Assembly (NCBI RefSeq): GCF_028641065.1
Contig: NC_073396.1
Span: forward strand, 20,398,001 to 20,462,000
Direction of reading: 5' to 3'
Source of the DNA: Leucoraja erinacea
Lineage: Eukaryota
Length of the DNA stretch: 64,000 nucleotides
The notes beneath the pieces are model-generated. The model ran no database searches. It had not been told where the DNA came from and saw only the letters and a program-made list of their open reading frames with translations. Shown one piece after another: positions 1-13,778 of the stretch (positions are counted from its first letter, which is position 1; each line of letters starts with the position of its first letter). Made by a program: the position numbers and the translations under genes.

Positions 1-2347
1 GGCTCGAGTGTAATCATGTATAGTCTTTCCACTGACTGGTTAGCGCGCAACAAAAGCTTTTCACTGTACCTCGATACATGTGACAATAAAATAGACTAAA
101 CTAAATTTCTTCCTTTGCAATGTCAACATCTTTTCACATAATGTTTGCTTCATTCCAGCAGTCTTGTGGTGAGTAATACCAGCCCTGTTCCAAATATTTT
201 AAAATTAACAAGTTTAAACCCCTCATGTTCATCCATGTTTCTGGTTATGGTAAAGAAACTACTGTTCTCTCATACCGCACGGTCCCAGAAGGTAATTTCA
301 GCCAATGTTTGTCTCGTTTTGTTTTTTTTAACTCTGTCTCCATTTTATTTATCTATCTTCACTCCCAAAAACCTTTTTCTTAATTCACAATTCACACAGG
401 GTTCACCATTTTCCATTCATTTTTTTATATCTCAGCCAAGCGGAGCGTGAATCCTTTGGAATTAGTTGACTGGAATAGCTTTTTATCGCAAGTTTTAAGT
501 GGTAAATACAGATTTGTCATATAGTCCGCTTGTGCTGAATTGTGTAGCTTTGCTTGTGCCTGGGCCATGCTGCTGAATATTGTGTGTCAGGATAAAGGGA
601 TGATGTGGGAAATCATTTCAAAGGAGAGCCATTGAGTCACACAGCACGGAAGCAGGTCCTTTGACCCAACTTATCCATGCCAATCAAGTTGCTAAACTGA
701 GCTTAACCCATCTGCCTGTGCCTGGCCCATATCCCACCAAATAACATCTGTGTACTTTAAGTGTCGTAATTGTATCTGCCTCTACCACTTTACCACTGTA
801 CAACGCGGAAACAGGCCCTTCAGACTAACTCGTCCATGCCGACCAATATATCCCATTTGCCCACATTTAATCCATATCCCTCTAAATCTTTCCTATTCAT
901 GTACCTGTCAAAGTGTCTTTTAAATGCTGTTAACTGTTGCCTCAACTACCTCCTCTTTTAGCTGTTAACTGTTGCCTCAACTACCAGCTCGTTCTATATA
1001 CCCACCATCCTCTTCACTACTTGAACAGAAATGTAATTTTTGAGGTTGTTTCTTTAATCTTTACTAATGATGTATAACAACATGTTTTTAGCTGTTATGT
1101 TCAAATACTACTGTGCCACTAAGTGCCAGAATAAACAGCTGGGTGCAGTGAGTTTTGTTACGTGGCATACCATTCCTCCATTTATTCCGAGCAAACCGAA
1201 TGCAACCACACTGGGCATACTCGCACTTCTGCAACTTTTCCAGTAGTTTTATTTGTGTTTGATAAATTCATGAGTTCCAGCAGGAAAAAGTTCTGCTTAA
1301 AAGTTTCATGAATCACAACATGTTTTTGTAGGGGACACTGCGGCCATTATAGTTAACATAATGGGGACCTGGTGTGGTTTTCCAAACTTTCATTCCTTCA
1401 ACTGCAACTCACATTGCAAGTCCGGTAACCAGCCATGTGGAAGGCAAGGCTTTACCACAGGATTCGATGAATAAATAAAGGCTTGCCCAGTTTAGCCGTT
1501 TGTTTTGATAGTTCCCTCAACATGTGGGACATTAATAAATCATCTACATATAGCGGATATTTTAGTGATCCTGTAACTAACTGCTGTTTTCCCTTCTGCG
1601 TCACACCACATATTTATTTCTTCCCTGCCCCATTTTCTCCATCTTTTTCTGTTAGTGATTGATGCTCTCCCATAACTAAGTAAGAAGATTTTGTTCACAA
1701 TCTTGGGTGTGACTATCCAACTGTGGAAAGTGTTGCAGCCTATTTCTGTTTCCACTATTAATGCAGCCTTTCATTACGCATTTTGAGATCCAGACACAGA
1801 CACAAAGCAATTGCATTTTAAAAAATTCCTCTTGATTAATATGCCACCTTGCAGACTACCTATCCATTGAGCTGCCTGAACAAGGTTCAGTGCTGTGAAT
1901 TGAGGTAGTTGGAAAACATATATGACTCTTCTGTTGGGAAGAAGATACAAAGGTTTGAAAGCATGTACCATCAGATTCTGCAACAGCTTTTTTACCAGCA
2001 GACCACTGTGCGGACCTCTCCTAAGTTAATCATGTAGTCCCCATCTCCCAACCTACCTCATTGCGGCAGTAGCACTTTTTAAAATCTGTACTTTCTCTGT
2101 AGCTGCAGCACTGTAACACTATATTCTGCACTCTGATATTTTTCTTTTACTAGTACCTGTTGTACTTATGTATAGCTTGATTGTCCTCATGTAGTATAAT
2201 TCGATTGGATAGCGAGCAGACAAAGATTTCCACGATATCTCGGTGTAGGTGACAACAATGTATCCAATGCCAATATATGACGTGTTGAGAGCACGGACGG
2301 TGTACAGAGCTGAAGGGTAATGTGTTCTGTCTGCTTTGCCTCTGCAG

Positions 2348-2560
2348 GTGCTCTGACGGTTGGCCTCGTTCGCCAGTGTCAAACAATCCACGGGCGTGAA
2401 CGAACATGTGTCCCTCCTCGTCTTCCACCTGAATGGGTCACCACACTCTTTTTCATTATCATGGGCATTATTTCATTGACGGTAACGTGCGGCTTGCTGG
2501 TGGCCTCTCACTGGCGAAGAGAAACCACCAAATACGCCCGCTGGATAGCCTTCGCTGGAA
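2348..2560 (+). CDS. MOSMO: MOSMO (modulator of smoothened, C16orf52) internal coding exon
   Basis: tctgcag|GT acceptor and A|gtaagt donor; 213 nt, phase 1-1; encodes (G)ALTVGLVRQCQTIHGRERTCVPPRLPPEWVTTLFFIIMGIISLTVTCGLLVASHWRRETTKYARWIAFAG, recognised as near-identical to vertebrate MOSMO. Confidence 0.96.
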
Positions 2561-2857
2561 GTAAGTCCACTCTCATTCAGATTTCAACACTTGGAGCATG
2601 ATGAGAAATTGTCATTTGCAGCTTACAAAATAAAAATGTGACTTCCAAAAATAACCATTTGTGTTGGCCTTGACAAGATTTATAAGTGCATGATGATTTG
2701 ATATCTGTGGTATTTCTCCCTCCCTCCTCCCACTGATTCCTGTTTCAACCATTAGTGTTGCTAGTGTAGAATAGGGCATAGATCAGTACAGACAGATCAA
2801 GCAGCATATCTGGACAAAAAGGATGGATGGGTGACTATTCGGGTCGGGACCCATCTT

Positions 2858-2893
2858 CAGTCTGAAGAAGGGTTCCGACCTGAAACATCACCC
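2858..2893 (+). ncRNA. Minimal hammerhead motif (stem III CpG-decayed) in a head-to-head repeat pair
   Basis: CUGAAGA(2862)-A-GGGU-UCCG-ACCU-GAAAC-AUC; degenerate antisense copy immediately upstream. Confidence 0.45.
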
Positions 2894-4309
2894 ATCCTTT
2901 TTCTCCAGAGATGCTGCCTGATCCGCTGAGTTACTCCAGCATTTTGTGTCTATCTTTGTTTCTATAAGTCAGTACAGCATAGGGAAAGGCACTTCAGCTC
3001 ACAATATCTGTGCCGAACACAACGCCAAATTAAATTAATTGCTTTGTGCTGCATGTGATCCATTCCCTGCATATCCATGTGCCGATCTAAAAGCCCCATA
3101 AACACCGCTATATCACTACTACCCCAATATCCACCACTACCCCTGACAGCTGAACATAAACTAAATAGCAGGTCAAACTTCAAATTTCCCAAGTACAAAG
3201 AAGAACTCTATAAATTGTTATTAAATTCTTTATAATGCACCTGGGGATTTTATTTAGTTGAAACTTTCATCGGGATACCAGTAATGAGCGAGGCCAACAG
3301 ATGCTATCACAAAATTAAAATTGACAGTATGTGAGATCAATCAAACTTGTTCCCTAAACAATTAAGGTTTATTCCTGAAACATCCATGCACAAGGGTTCC
3401 TCCATGTAAGTAATACGTGTGAACTGCAAACAGGATTTATAAGCAGATTTCATCCTGAAGAGAAGTTGTTGAGAATAAGTATTTAAGGAAAATAAGCAGC
3501 TTGATCACTTTTGTTAGAGTAAATCAAATGGACTAAATATTTCTGTAGATGTTCTGCAAGAGGCCACTTTTTTTTCCATGTTGTAATTAAAAATGACTGA
3601 TAGCATTGTTTGACGAAGCATCAATCCTAGCATCCAGATAAGTTTCAATTGAAATTAAAAAAAACCCAGGTGGATTATAAAGAACAATAACAATTTGCAC
3701 AATTCTTCCTTGTGCTCAAGTAATTTGAGATCCAGCACTTTATTCATTTTCTGTTGAGAATTGTGCGAGGCAGCAATTTCATGTCTTATCTCATGGGTGA
3801 ACCGTGAGATGAAGAGAAGTGTCTGCAGTGCCAGAACGTAAATCTTGTCAACACAAGTAATTATTGTTGGTTTCAATGTGCCAAAGGAAGATATATTAGA
3901 TTATTAAAGATAAATAACCTTTGACTCTCCAAATGAATCAGGAATATTTTAAAGATTAAAACAAGAATAAACAAACTATTTCAGTCATAGTCACAGCAAT
4001 ACAGTGCGGAAACAGGCCCTTTGGCCGAAGTTGTTCCTGCCAACCAACTTGTTAACTGGGCTTGTCCCATTTGCCTGTGCCTGGTCCATATCCCTCCAAA
4101 TGTTTTATAGCTATGTACATGTCAAAATGTTCATTAAATGGTGTAACTGTACCTGCCTCTATGACTTCCTCTGGCAGCTGAAACCACAGAATGGTATATA
4201 CCATTTCTGTGGAGACGTTGCTCTTCAGGTCCCTTTTAAATCTTTTCTCCCCCCCCCCCCCCCCCGAGCTTAAAGCTCTGCCCTCTAGTTTTTGCTGTTC
4301 ACCTTATCT

Positions 4310-4890
4310 ATGCTTTTATATCATGCTCTATCCCTCTATAAGGTCACTCCTTATCCTCTAATGTGCTTGGCAAAATCAGCTCAAATCATTCAGACAGAGT
4401 AATATCCTGATATCCTTTTTGTATCCTTGCCGTTTAATGGCCTTCTTCCTATAGCATGAGGACCAGAACTGTACGCAGTGTCCTTGCCAACATCTTGTAC
4501 TGTTGTAACATGACGTCCCTACTCCTGTCCACAATACCCTGACAAATGAAGGCAGGCATGCCAAATATGTTGGTCACCAACCGATCCACCTCTCTCGCCA
4601 CCTTCATGAACTATGCATCTGCACCTGCACCCTAGATCTCTCTATTCTATAGTACTCTCCAGGGCCCAACCATTTACGATACAAGTCTGGTTTGTCCTCC
4701 CAAAATGCAACACCTCACATTTATCTGAATAAACTCCATCTGCCATTTGTCAGCCCTTTGGCACAGTTGATCAAAATCCCATTGTAATCATAGATAGCCC
4801 TCTCCACTCTCCATGATACCACTAATGTATGTGTCATCGGCAAACTAACCATGCCATCTACATTCATATCCAAATTGTTAATATAAATAC
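4310..4890 (-). mobile_element. Degraded CR1 LINE fragment
   Basis: minus-strand HCVQFWSSCYRK and FADD-like motifs. Confidence 0.65.
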
Positions 4891-7483
4891 ACTTAGCATG
4901 TCCTGACCCGTCCTGTCTACTGAACTTGCTCTCTTTGACTTCACTATTTGCCTGATCATGCTGTGAAGTTTGTGTCCAGCTATAGAGGTCAGACAACAAA
5001 TGTTTCATCAACAAGTGAACTCCAGCCTGACAACTATTACCCTGGAGCCAACACTGATAAAAATGTTTAAAGATTCCACAGTGCATTTTAAATGGTGGCA
5101 GCTAGGAGTAACAAATCTGTTTAACATCAAGTTTTCAACAGTCCCAGCTGACCATAGGTCACCTATTCGCACTAGTTCTATGTGAATGTGAATTCTATGT
5201 TTGGGTGTGTATGTCGGTGGCATGGTTAGTAAGTTTGCAGATGACACATATTAGTGGTATCGTAGTCAGAGGCAGAGGGCTAACCCGCTTTCTCCTCCAG
5301 TTCCTGCACACTAGGGGCAATATACAGAGACCAATTTACCTACAACACACACACATCTTTGGGATATGAGCAGAAACCAGAACACCTGGAAGAAACTCAC
5401 ACAGACGGAGGGGGAAATGTGCAAACGCCACACAGACAGACACGCCCGAGGTTAGGATCAACCCTGGGTCTCTGGTGCAGTGAGGCAGCAGCTTTATCAG
5501 TTGCACCGCTGTGCCTTCCCCATTTCTTTCCAACTAATTTTTAAGAGATGGTAAAACAGTCCTAACTAACCTTTCCCAGTGCTCTCCCACATATACAATC
5601 CATGCACAAAAATTAAAACCACGTCTGCCTACTGCACACAAGGGCGCCGCAGACAGCTACAGCTGGGAAACAAGAAGCAGGACAAAAGGTCAACATCCTT
5701 CCTTTGCACTTGCTTCCTCAGTTTGTCTGGATGAGTTCTCTCCTTGTCCCAATACCTTCACTTCCTGTGTTATTATTTCCAACAAAATGCTCAGTGCAGC
5801 TTTTAGTCTTTTCAACATTTCAGCAGATGTATGTCAGCAAGAAGCGAAGGCTCACCTGTGAACCAGCAGGTTAATGAAGGAGACAATTTAAAGGCAGCCT
5901 GCTGGTCCTTTGCTGATGAAAGTTGTTTAGTGGCTCTGCAGACTGAGTTAAAGTTGTGAGTTCTGCAAAATAGCTTATGAAATCCCACTGGCTAGCTCTA
6001 CCACCTCTTGTGCTTGCACACTGTTGAGAGGCTGGAACTCCATTTAAAGCCTGGCAGCATTTCGAGCTAATCCTTACTGAATGTATGAACGGGTGAAGGG
6101 CACAAGGAAGGCATTTTCACAATATCAGAGCAATTTTTTAGCTTGTGGTGTAAAGGATCCATTGTTCCACAGATCAGTGGAGACCATTGCGAGCTGCCAC
6201 TGTGTGATCTGTTGCCAGTTCAAGAGCAAGCAGCCCTGGTTATAATTGCGCTGCAAATTACTTCAACTCCTTAATGAATCTCCTACTGTTCAATACTTTG
6301 TATTTATTTTCTATCATAAGCGTTCCACCTTTGTATCTGTGCAAATGGAGCCTCCTGTGAGTGTGTCCTTAGATCTCTATGAATGAATCCTTTATTCTTC
6401 TTTGAATTCATCCCTTTAGGTTGCTGACTGCATATTGGACACTGAAGGTCGAGTCATTTGGACCAGTGTCTGGCTCAGTTACAATGGCGTTGTGTTTCGG
6501 ACATTGATGCCAATTCTCTATCAGCTTGGCTATTATCGCTCCAACTTCTGTGGCTTTTGATTCATTGTGAGGCATTGTGGAAATCCAGTAATAGTTCAAC
6601 ACACACACAGGGAACACTTGGATGAACATCTGTGACATTCCCTGTATTCAAGCTGATCCAGGGTTCCCTTGGGAGTGGCGGAGGGATATGGATGAGAAAA
6701 ATGTACTTTCACTGGCAAGATGTCTTGGGAAGGGAGAATGAGTCATATCCAGGCTGTGTTGAACACCCATAGAACATGGAACATAAACAGCACAGGAACA
6801 GGCCTCAGGCCTCCAGTGTCTGTGCCGAACATGATGCCAAGATAAACTCATCTCATCTGTCTGCGCATGATAATTAATTAGGCAGACCAAAAGCACCCTA
6901 ATCTGAGATAAAAACAAAGTTCAGGAAACACTCAGCAAGTCAGGCAGCATCCATAGAGTTAAGATTTCAGGTTGATGACCTTTCATAAGAATTGGTAATA
7001 GTTAGAAATCAGGCCTGTTTTAAGTTGCAGCCTTGGGGTGAACAAAGGGGATGTGTCTACCAAGGTGGAGGCTGAGAGACGGAATGACGCAAGTGGTGGT
7101 GGTGCTGACTGAGAACGTGGTGCAGGCTTATTAATTGCTGTTGTTATGTCTGCAGGAGGTTCAGGCTAAGGGCGGTAACATGTCCCGACAGAAGATGAGA
7201 TGCTGTTTGTCAAGTTTACATTGGAGCAGTGTAAGAAGCCAAAGACACTGACTTGAGAATGAGGTTTAAATTGGGAATTTAAAACTAGAAGCCCCTCTGG
7301 ACCAAATGGCGGGAGCCTGTATAGTAGTCACCCACTCTGTTTGGTGTCTGTGATGTAGAGAAGGCCTTTGGAATCGAGGCCTTGGTTACTCACCTCAAAC
7401 TCTGACAGCACCTTCATTACCCTATATCTCTCCCACTGAGCCCACGGATGGGAAGTTGCGGGAACTCCGCTGCCTACAAGTTA

Positions 7484-8145
7484 AGGGCCTGTCCCACTTA
7501 CGTGTCCTTGGCACGCAAATTACGCAACCTCGTGGTTGCATTGAGTCTCATGGGCATCGTATGGCCGCACGGGGCCGGTCCCACTTAGAAGCGCGGAGGG
7601 GTATGTAGTTGTGCGGGACATCGCGCGGGGCTCCGAAATTTTTGTAGTGAACAAAATCTTTGCACGCCAACGGCCTGTCGCGGAACTGACGGCTAAAGTG
7701 GGACAGGCCCAAGACCCTGGTGCGACGCAACATCTCACCTTCAACAGCAGCAGAAGCAGGCAAACGATCGCCGAACTCCGGATCCACCCCCACTTCTAGA
7801 GCGGGGCCAAGAAAAGTGAAGATAGACACAAAATGCAGGAGTAACTCTGTGGGACCGGCAGCATCTCTGGAGAGAAGCAATGGGTGACGTTTCGGGTCAA
7901 AACCCTTCTTTTCAGACTGAAGAAGAGTCTCGACACGAAACGTCACCCATTGCTTCTCTCCAGAGATACTACCGGTCCCGCTGAGTTACTCCAGCTTTGT
8001 GTCCATCTTCAAATGACTTCACGCGCTCCAGACGGCTGTGCGTACACATGTAATCGCGCCCGACCTTCGTGGAACCATCGCGGCTCAACGCGACCACGAG
8101 GTCACGTAATTTGCGTGCCAAGGACATGTAAGTGGGACAGGCCCT
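7484..8145. mobile_element. Non-autonomous DNA transposon (MITE) with long TIRs and TA flanks, carrying a nested PLE head-to-head pair (~7820-8010)
   Basis: AGGGCCTGTCCCACTTACGTGTCCTTGGCACGCAAATTACG... mirrored at ~8105-8145; TA at 7482-83 and 8146-47. Confidence 0.8.
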
Positions 8146-8719
8146 TACTGTTGAAGTTAATGCCATTCCGTCATCATCGAGTCACAAATCCTAGAACTCC
8201 CTCACCAACAATATGAAGATTACCTTTGCCAGAAGAATAATTTGAGAAGGCAACTCATCACTACCTTCTCCAAGGCAATTGGAGATGTTGTGCTTGCCAG
8301 CATCACACACATCTCCTGCAAGGAAAGAATTGTGTCGATGGGGTCCAAGGGCAAAGAATCCGTTCCCAGCGATGAAGAGGCGTTGATATCCCGTGAGTAA
8401 GCAGCTGATTTCACCCAACTTGCTCAGTAAATTGATTTATTCCCCAGTTTCCAATTTTTAGTGAATTTTAATTTGACATATCCCCACTTTCTCTCCAGGC
8501 CAGAATTTAACTGCTGATGCCCAGTCTCGAGAGTAAATAAAATCAATTTCTGCCCTTCAGTTGCTGAGGATACAATGGAGATATTTATGGATCGCATTTG
8601 ACTTTGGAATTTTAATTGCAGTTAAAACAAACAAGGGGTTGTGTGCAGAACAACAAGAGAAGTGAAGTGTGTTCTGCTTTCTGCAGCATGTACACAGAGC
8701 GAGAAGGAAAGGTGGAGGT

Positions 8720-9037
8720 TTAGATTAATTTACAGATACAGCATGGAAACAGGCCCTTCGGCCCACCGAGTCCACACTGACCGTCGATCACCCGTTCACA
8801 CTAGTTTTATGTTATCCCACTTTCTCATCCACTCCCTGCACATTAGAAGCAATATTACAGAGGCCGATTAACTTACAAACCCGCATGTCTCTTGCACGTG
8901 GGAGGAAACCGGAGCACCCAGAGGAAACCCACCAGGAGAATGTGCAAACTCCGCACAGACAGCACCCTTACTCGGAATCAAGCCCAGGTCTCCGGTGCTG
9001 TGAGGCAGCAGCTCTACCAGCTGTGTCACTGTGCCAC
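8720..9037 (-). mobile_element. HE1-like V-SINE
   Basis: reverse complement of the same consensus. Confidence 0.8.
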
Positions 9038-12000
9038 CCCATACTGTACAGTGGAATGGGGGGCCTGGAGCACCCCACAGGATAACTGTGTGGCAGTCTC
9101 GAGCTGCCTCATTCAAGGAATGGGTCTGCGTAGTTACCTTACTGCTGACCATGCCTTTGTTATCCTCAGACCTGACTATTCCAGTGCATGTTGGTGATGT
9201 ACCTGTTTCCACGTCATACATTTACCACCTTTCCTCTCGAGAGTTTTGCTAGCTAACCTGTCAGTGACACTCTGGGTTTGGCTTACTGTTCGAGTTTACT
9301 TTCATATTCAAGCCCTTGTCATTGAATCTCAAGTTCCTCAAGAGGTCACATGATATGACAGATGGGATCTGGCTGGGAGCCCTGGTAGATGAAAAGAAGC
9401 TTTGTGTCAACGTGGCAAGACCAAGACCTTAGTGCCATGAGAGGTGACGCTCAGGGTCAGAGTGCCTTACGCCAGGTGCTCAGTAACCCACGGCATCTAC
9501 TGCTGCAATGTTGGTCCAGTCTTAGAACGAACGGACAGAGCCAGACTGCCACCACACCCCCTGTCAATGACTTCAACCCATTCAAATTCTATCAAAACAA
9601 TTTTGTAGAACCCGTTTCTCCACCCAATAATTCTTATGTTTTAATAGTACCATACACCCTAAGTACCATACACCCACACACTCGAAGGTATCACTATAAA
9701 TACATGGAGAAACAACAGGCTGCTGTAATCTGGAAACAAACAGTGTGCTGGAGGATCTTGAGCAAAACACAAAGTGCAGGAGGAACTCAGCGGGTCAGGC
9801 AGCATTTGGGGAGGGTATGAACAGGCGATGTGTTGGGTTGGGACCCTTTTCCATTTTACTGGGTCTGCTGTAGAACAGCATCTGTAGCAGAGGAAAGGAA
9901 TGGTCACATTTCAGTGCAAACCCCTGCGTCAGTCTTGATGCATGGTTTCAACCCTGAATGCTGACCATTTCCCCTCCTCCCCCGGATGCTGCTGGACCCA
10001 CTGAATTCCTCCAGCAGATTGTTTGTTGCACAATTAAAGTACATTTCTCCTTTATTCTCTCCCCTTCAATGGCTGCACCTCTAGCAGGACATGCTTTCCC
10101 AACCCAAGCTCTGCTTGCTTGCCCCATCCATAGGTCTGCCTCTCCCTGTACTGTCCAACTGCCTGATGTCACAGGTAGACTGCCCAGATGAGCTGGCCTT
10201 TCTTGCAGATGAATATAAATGAAGCAAACTCATCCTTTATCTGCACTAACTGGGCACTGGGCATCGACTCACTTTGGTTGAATGCTTTGGTTGAACTTTT
10301 GGTTTAAAGACCCGGTGTTCTTTTTTTGGGGGGGAGGCACAGTGGCAGGAGTGCTGCCTTACAGTGCCAGGTACAAGGCACCTTACACCTGGGTTTGATC
10401 CTGACTCCGGGTGCTAACTGTGCAGAGTTTGTACGTTCTCCCTGTGACCGTGTTAGTATGGACTCAGTGGGCCGAAGAGCCTGTTCCTACGCTGTATCTC
10501 TAAAGTAAAGTGAACTAAAAGCCAAGTAAATTTCAAAAATAAACTTAACTCAGAAAAAATACATATAAGTATAAAAGAGAAAACACTATGCAATGCTCTT
10601 TACATTCATTGTTGTTCAGAGACACACAAGTGTGAAAATGCATACGTGCGGATTCAGAGACAGTTTCTTTCCAGCTGTTATCAGGCATCTGAGCTATCCT
10701 ACCAAATTCTAGAGAGTGGTCCTGAGCTACATCAGTGAAGACCCTCAGATTATCTTTAACCGGACTTTACTGACCTTATCTTGCGCTAAATGTTATTCCC
10801 TTTATCCTGTATCTGTACGCTGTGGACAGTTCGATTGTAATCATGTATAATCTTTCCGCTAACTAGTTAACATGCAACAAAAAGCTTTTCACTGTATCCC
10901 GGTACATGTTACAAATAAGCTAAACTAAACAATCTGTACATTCAGTGTCATGGTTCTATACGTTCGTGGTGTTAGCACATTTTTGTGCCAAAGCACCATT
11001 GCCACTCATGTGGCTCCTCTGGGGTGACAGAACCTTCCATCAGTTGAGAGGCTTCCACGTTAGACCCAGCCCGTCAATGTCGAGTACCCGAAAGCCCCTG
11101 GACTGCAGTCCTTCCCCACGGAACCTTGGCTGCTCTGCGCTTCAGTCCTCCCGCAGCCTGGAATGTGCCAGTTGGCCACATTCCCTTACGGCCGTCTCGT
11201 TGTGCTGGGAGACCAACAGGTTTCGGGCAGACCAAAGAGCGTCTTTCACCGAGCCCATGATCTTCCACCAGCACTTGATGTCTGTCTCTGTATGTTCCTC
11301 ACACAGGCTGTCAGCTGCTGCTTCTCTTATCTCTAGTTAACCACTTCTGTCACAAGCCCAACATTGCGGTGAACAGCAGTGAAAATCAGAGATTGGAGAC
11401 ACATGAACTGCAGGTGCTGTAATCTTGAGAAAACATAAAGTGATGGAGGAACTCAACAGGTCAGGCAGCATCTGTGGAAGGAATGGGTAGGCAATGTTTT
11501 GGGTCCTGACCTGAAATGTCATCTGTCCTCTGACCCACTGAGTTCCTCCAGCACTTGGTATTTTGTAAATAAGAGATTGTTGACTTAGCTTATATGACAG
11601 AAAACAGTTAAAAATTATTGGCCATAATGCTCTAAAACAGGAAATGCCTCAAGTGTTCAGCAGATCAGCCAGTATTTCATACAACACGGAGACAAACCCT
11701 TCGGCCCAACATTCATGCCATCCAAGTTGCCCCATTTAAACTGACCTCATTTGCGTTTGTTTGGCCCATATCCATCTAAACCCGTGGAAAGAGAAACTGA
11801 ATGAATGTTTCATCTGCTGGTGGGTTATTTACCTGGATGGTAAACTCACTTTTCCTAGCCCTGCATATGCGGGCCAATTTGTTCACTATTTGTGGTACTC
11901 GTTAATAAATTTCACTTTTCCATCGTCTGTAGCACCTTGGTTTTGGAAAGTAATTTTTCATTTGCATTTGAAGATTTTCATTGTAAAATCCCCAACAGAA

Positions 12001-13778
12001 TTGACATGCCTTTTTCTTGGTTTGTTAACAATGACTCCTTCAGCCGAACTTGGCTGCAGTTTCCATTCCACTCCCTGGTAGAAACTTTGATCTGAATAGA
12101 GGTGCTTTGTCTCGATGCATTCTCCAGCCTACGCTTCCTGTGTGTGGGGGGGGGGGGGGGGGGGGGGGGGGAACAGCTAACAGGATCAGGCAAATACGCA
12201 CTCTGGACAAGAACAAAGATAGTTTTTTTATTCAGAAGCAAAATATAGCAGATGCTGGAAATTGGAAGCAGAAAAATGCAGAATGCTCAGCATGTCGGGC
12301 AGTGTCTGAGGTGGAAGAAACTGGAGTTAACAATTTGATTGACTGACCAGCATTGGAAATAAAAGAGCTATTGTCAACGTTCACTGGCCTTGAGCTAAAT
12401 CCCCTCTGAGCTCCAGCACTCTGCTCACTTCTATCCAATGCCAAGACTGCTGTGAAACCGTGACAAGGCAATGCTGATGTGGTTTGGCAAAGTGACTTTT
12501 ACCTTAGAGATCGAGTGCCAGCTCTCTGACACCTCCTTATACTATGGACCACGGTCTTGCCGTTGTACGTTGGGCTGTTCTCCTTTAGAATCACCCAATT
12601 TATTCCCTCCAGAGATTTTCAATCTACAGATTCCGTCATTGTGGTCTCCCCAGCCATGCAGTGATTAGGTTTATTATATTCACGTGTACCGAGGTACAGT
12701 GAAAAGCTATGTTTTGCATGCTAACCAAACAGATCAGATAATACTGTGCGTAAACACAATCAAATCAAACCAGTACAATAGGTAGAGCAAAGGGGAAGAT
12801 ACAGAAGGCAAAATATATTCTCAGCATTGCAACACACTAGTTCCATAGACAAAGTCCAATGTCCACAATGGTGTAGAGGTGAGTCGGACTATATCTGAAT
12901 GGAATGACCGTTCAGAAACCTGATAACAGAGGGGAAGAAGCTGTTCCTGAGTCTGCTTCCACTTTTCTATGGTCAATCTTTAACCCTGAAATGTAAAATT
13001 CTGTACTAGGCGACTCACTCCTTCAAGAAACTATGATGTACTTCTTCCCACATAGTGTGCTGCGTTTGGTCTTGATGCTGTGATAATCTCAATATTGCAG
13101 GTCTAACACAGATTGGGGATTCCTTTGCTGAACTGCTCTGTTCATTTCAGAGATGCAGCCCTGAGTTACCTCACTTTACTTCCTGATCTCCTTCCTCCCT
13201 GACTTCCCTGTCTTTTGACCTCCTCCTTCACCCAAGCCTGCCGGAAGTTTGAGGAACAGTGCCCCATCTCCTGACCAAGCACGTGGCAACCCTCTGAACT
13301 CAAAATATATTCGACAAAAGGGAGGTGCAAGGTTTACAAAGAAAACATGCAAAGTACTGGAATAACTCAGCAGATCAGGCAGCATCTGTGGAGAACATGG
13401 ATGGGTGACATTTTGGGTCGGGACCCTTCTTTAGACTCATTGGAGTAGAGGGGAGAAAGCTGGAAAAGAGAGTTGGGGTGCGAGAAACTCTGGCCAGTGA
13501 TAAGTGGCTACAGGTGGGGGGTGGATTGGCAGATGGGTGGACAAAGGTTATAGATGAAAAGGAGAGATGATGAGTGAAATGTGAAGCAAGAGGAAGGGAT
13601 GTAGGTGGAAGGGGACACGGGGAGAGGGAAAGGTGGGCAAGGCAGTGGGACAACCAGATGGGGCACAGGGATTTCAGATAACCATCTCATCCAGTGTGTA
13701 TCTGAACTCTGACCAGTTCTAATGTAAGATCACTAAACTGCAAATTTCCTTCTATTTTTCTCCCTCTGTATTTGCTAC

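Noticed and set aside
926-984. 24-bp direct duplication GCTGTTAACTGTTGCCTCAACTAC
   Set aside because: Local duplication within a decayed CR1 tail; no functional implication.
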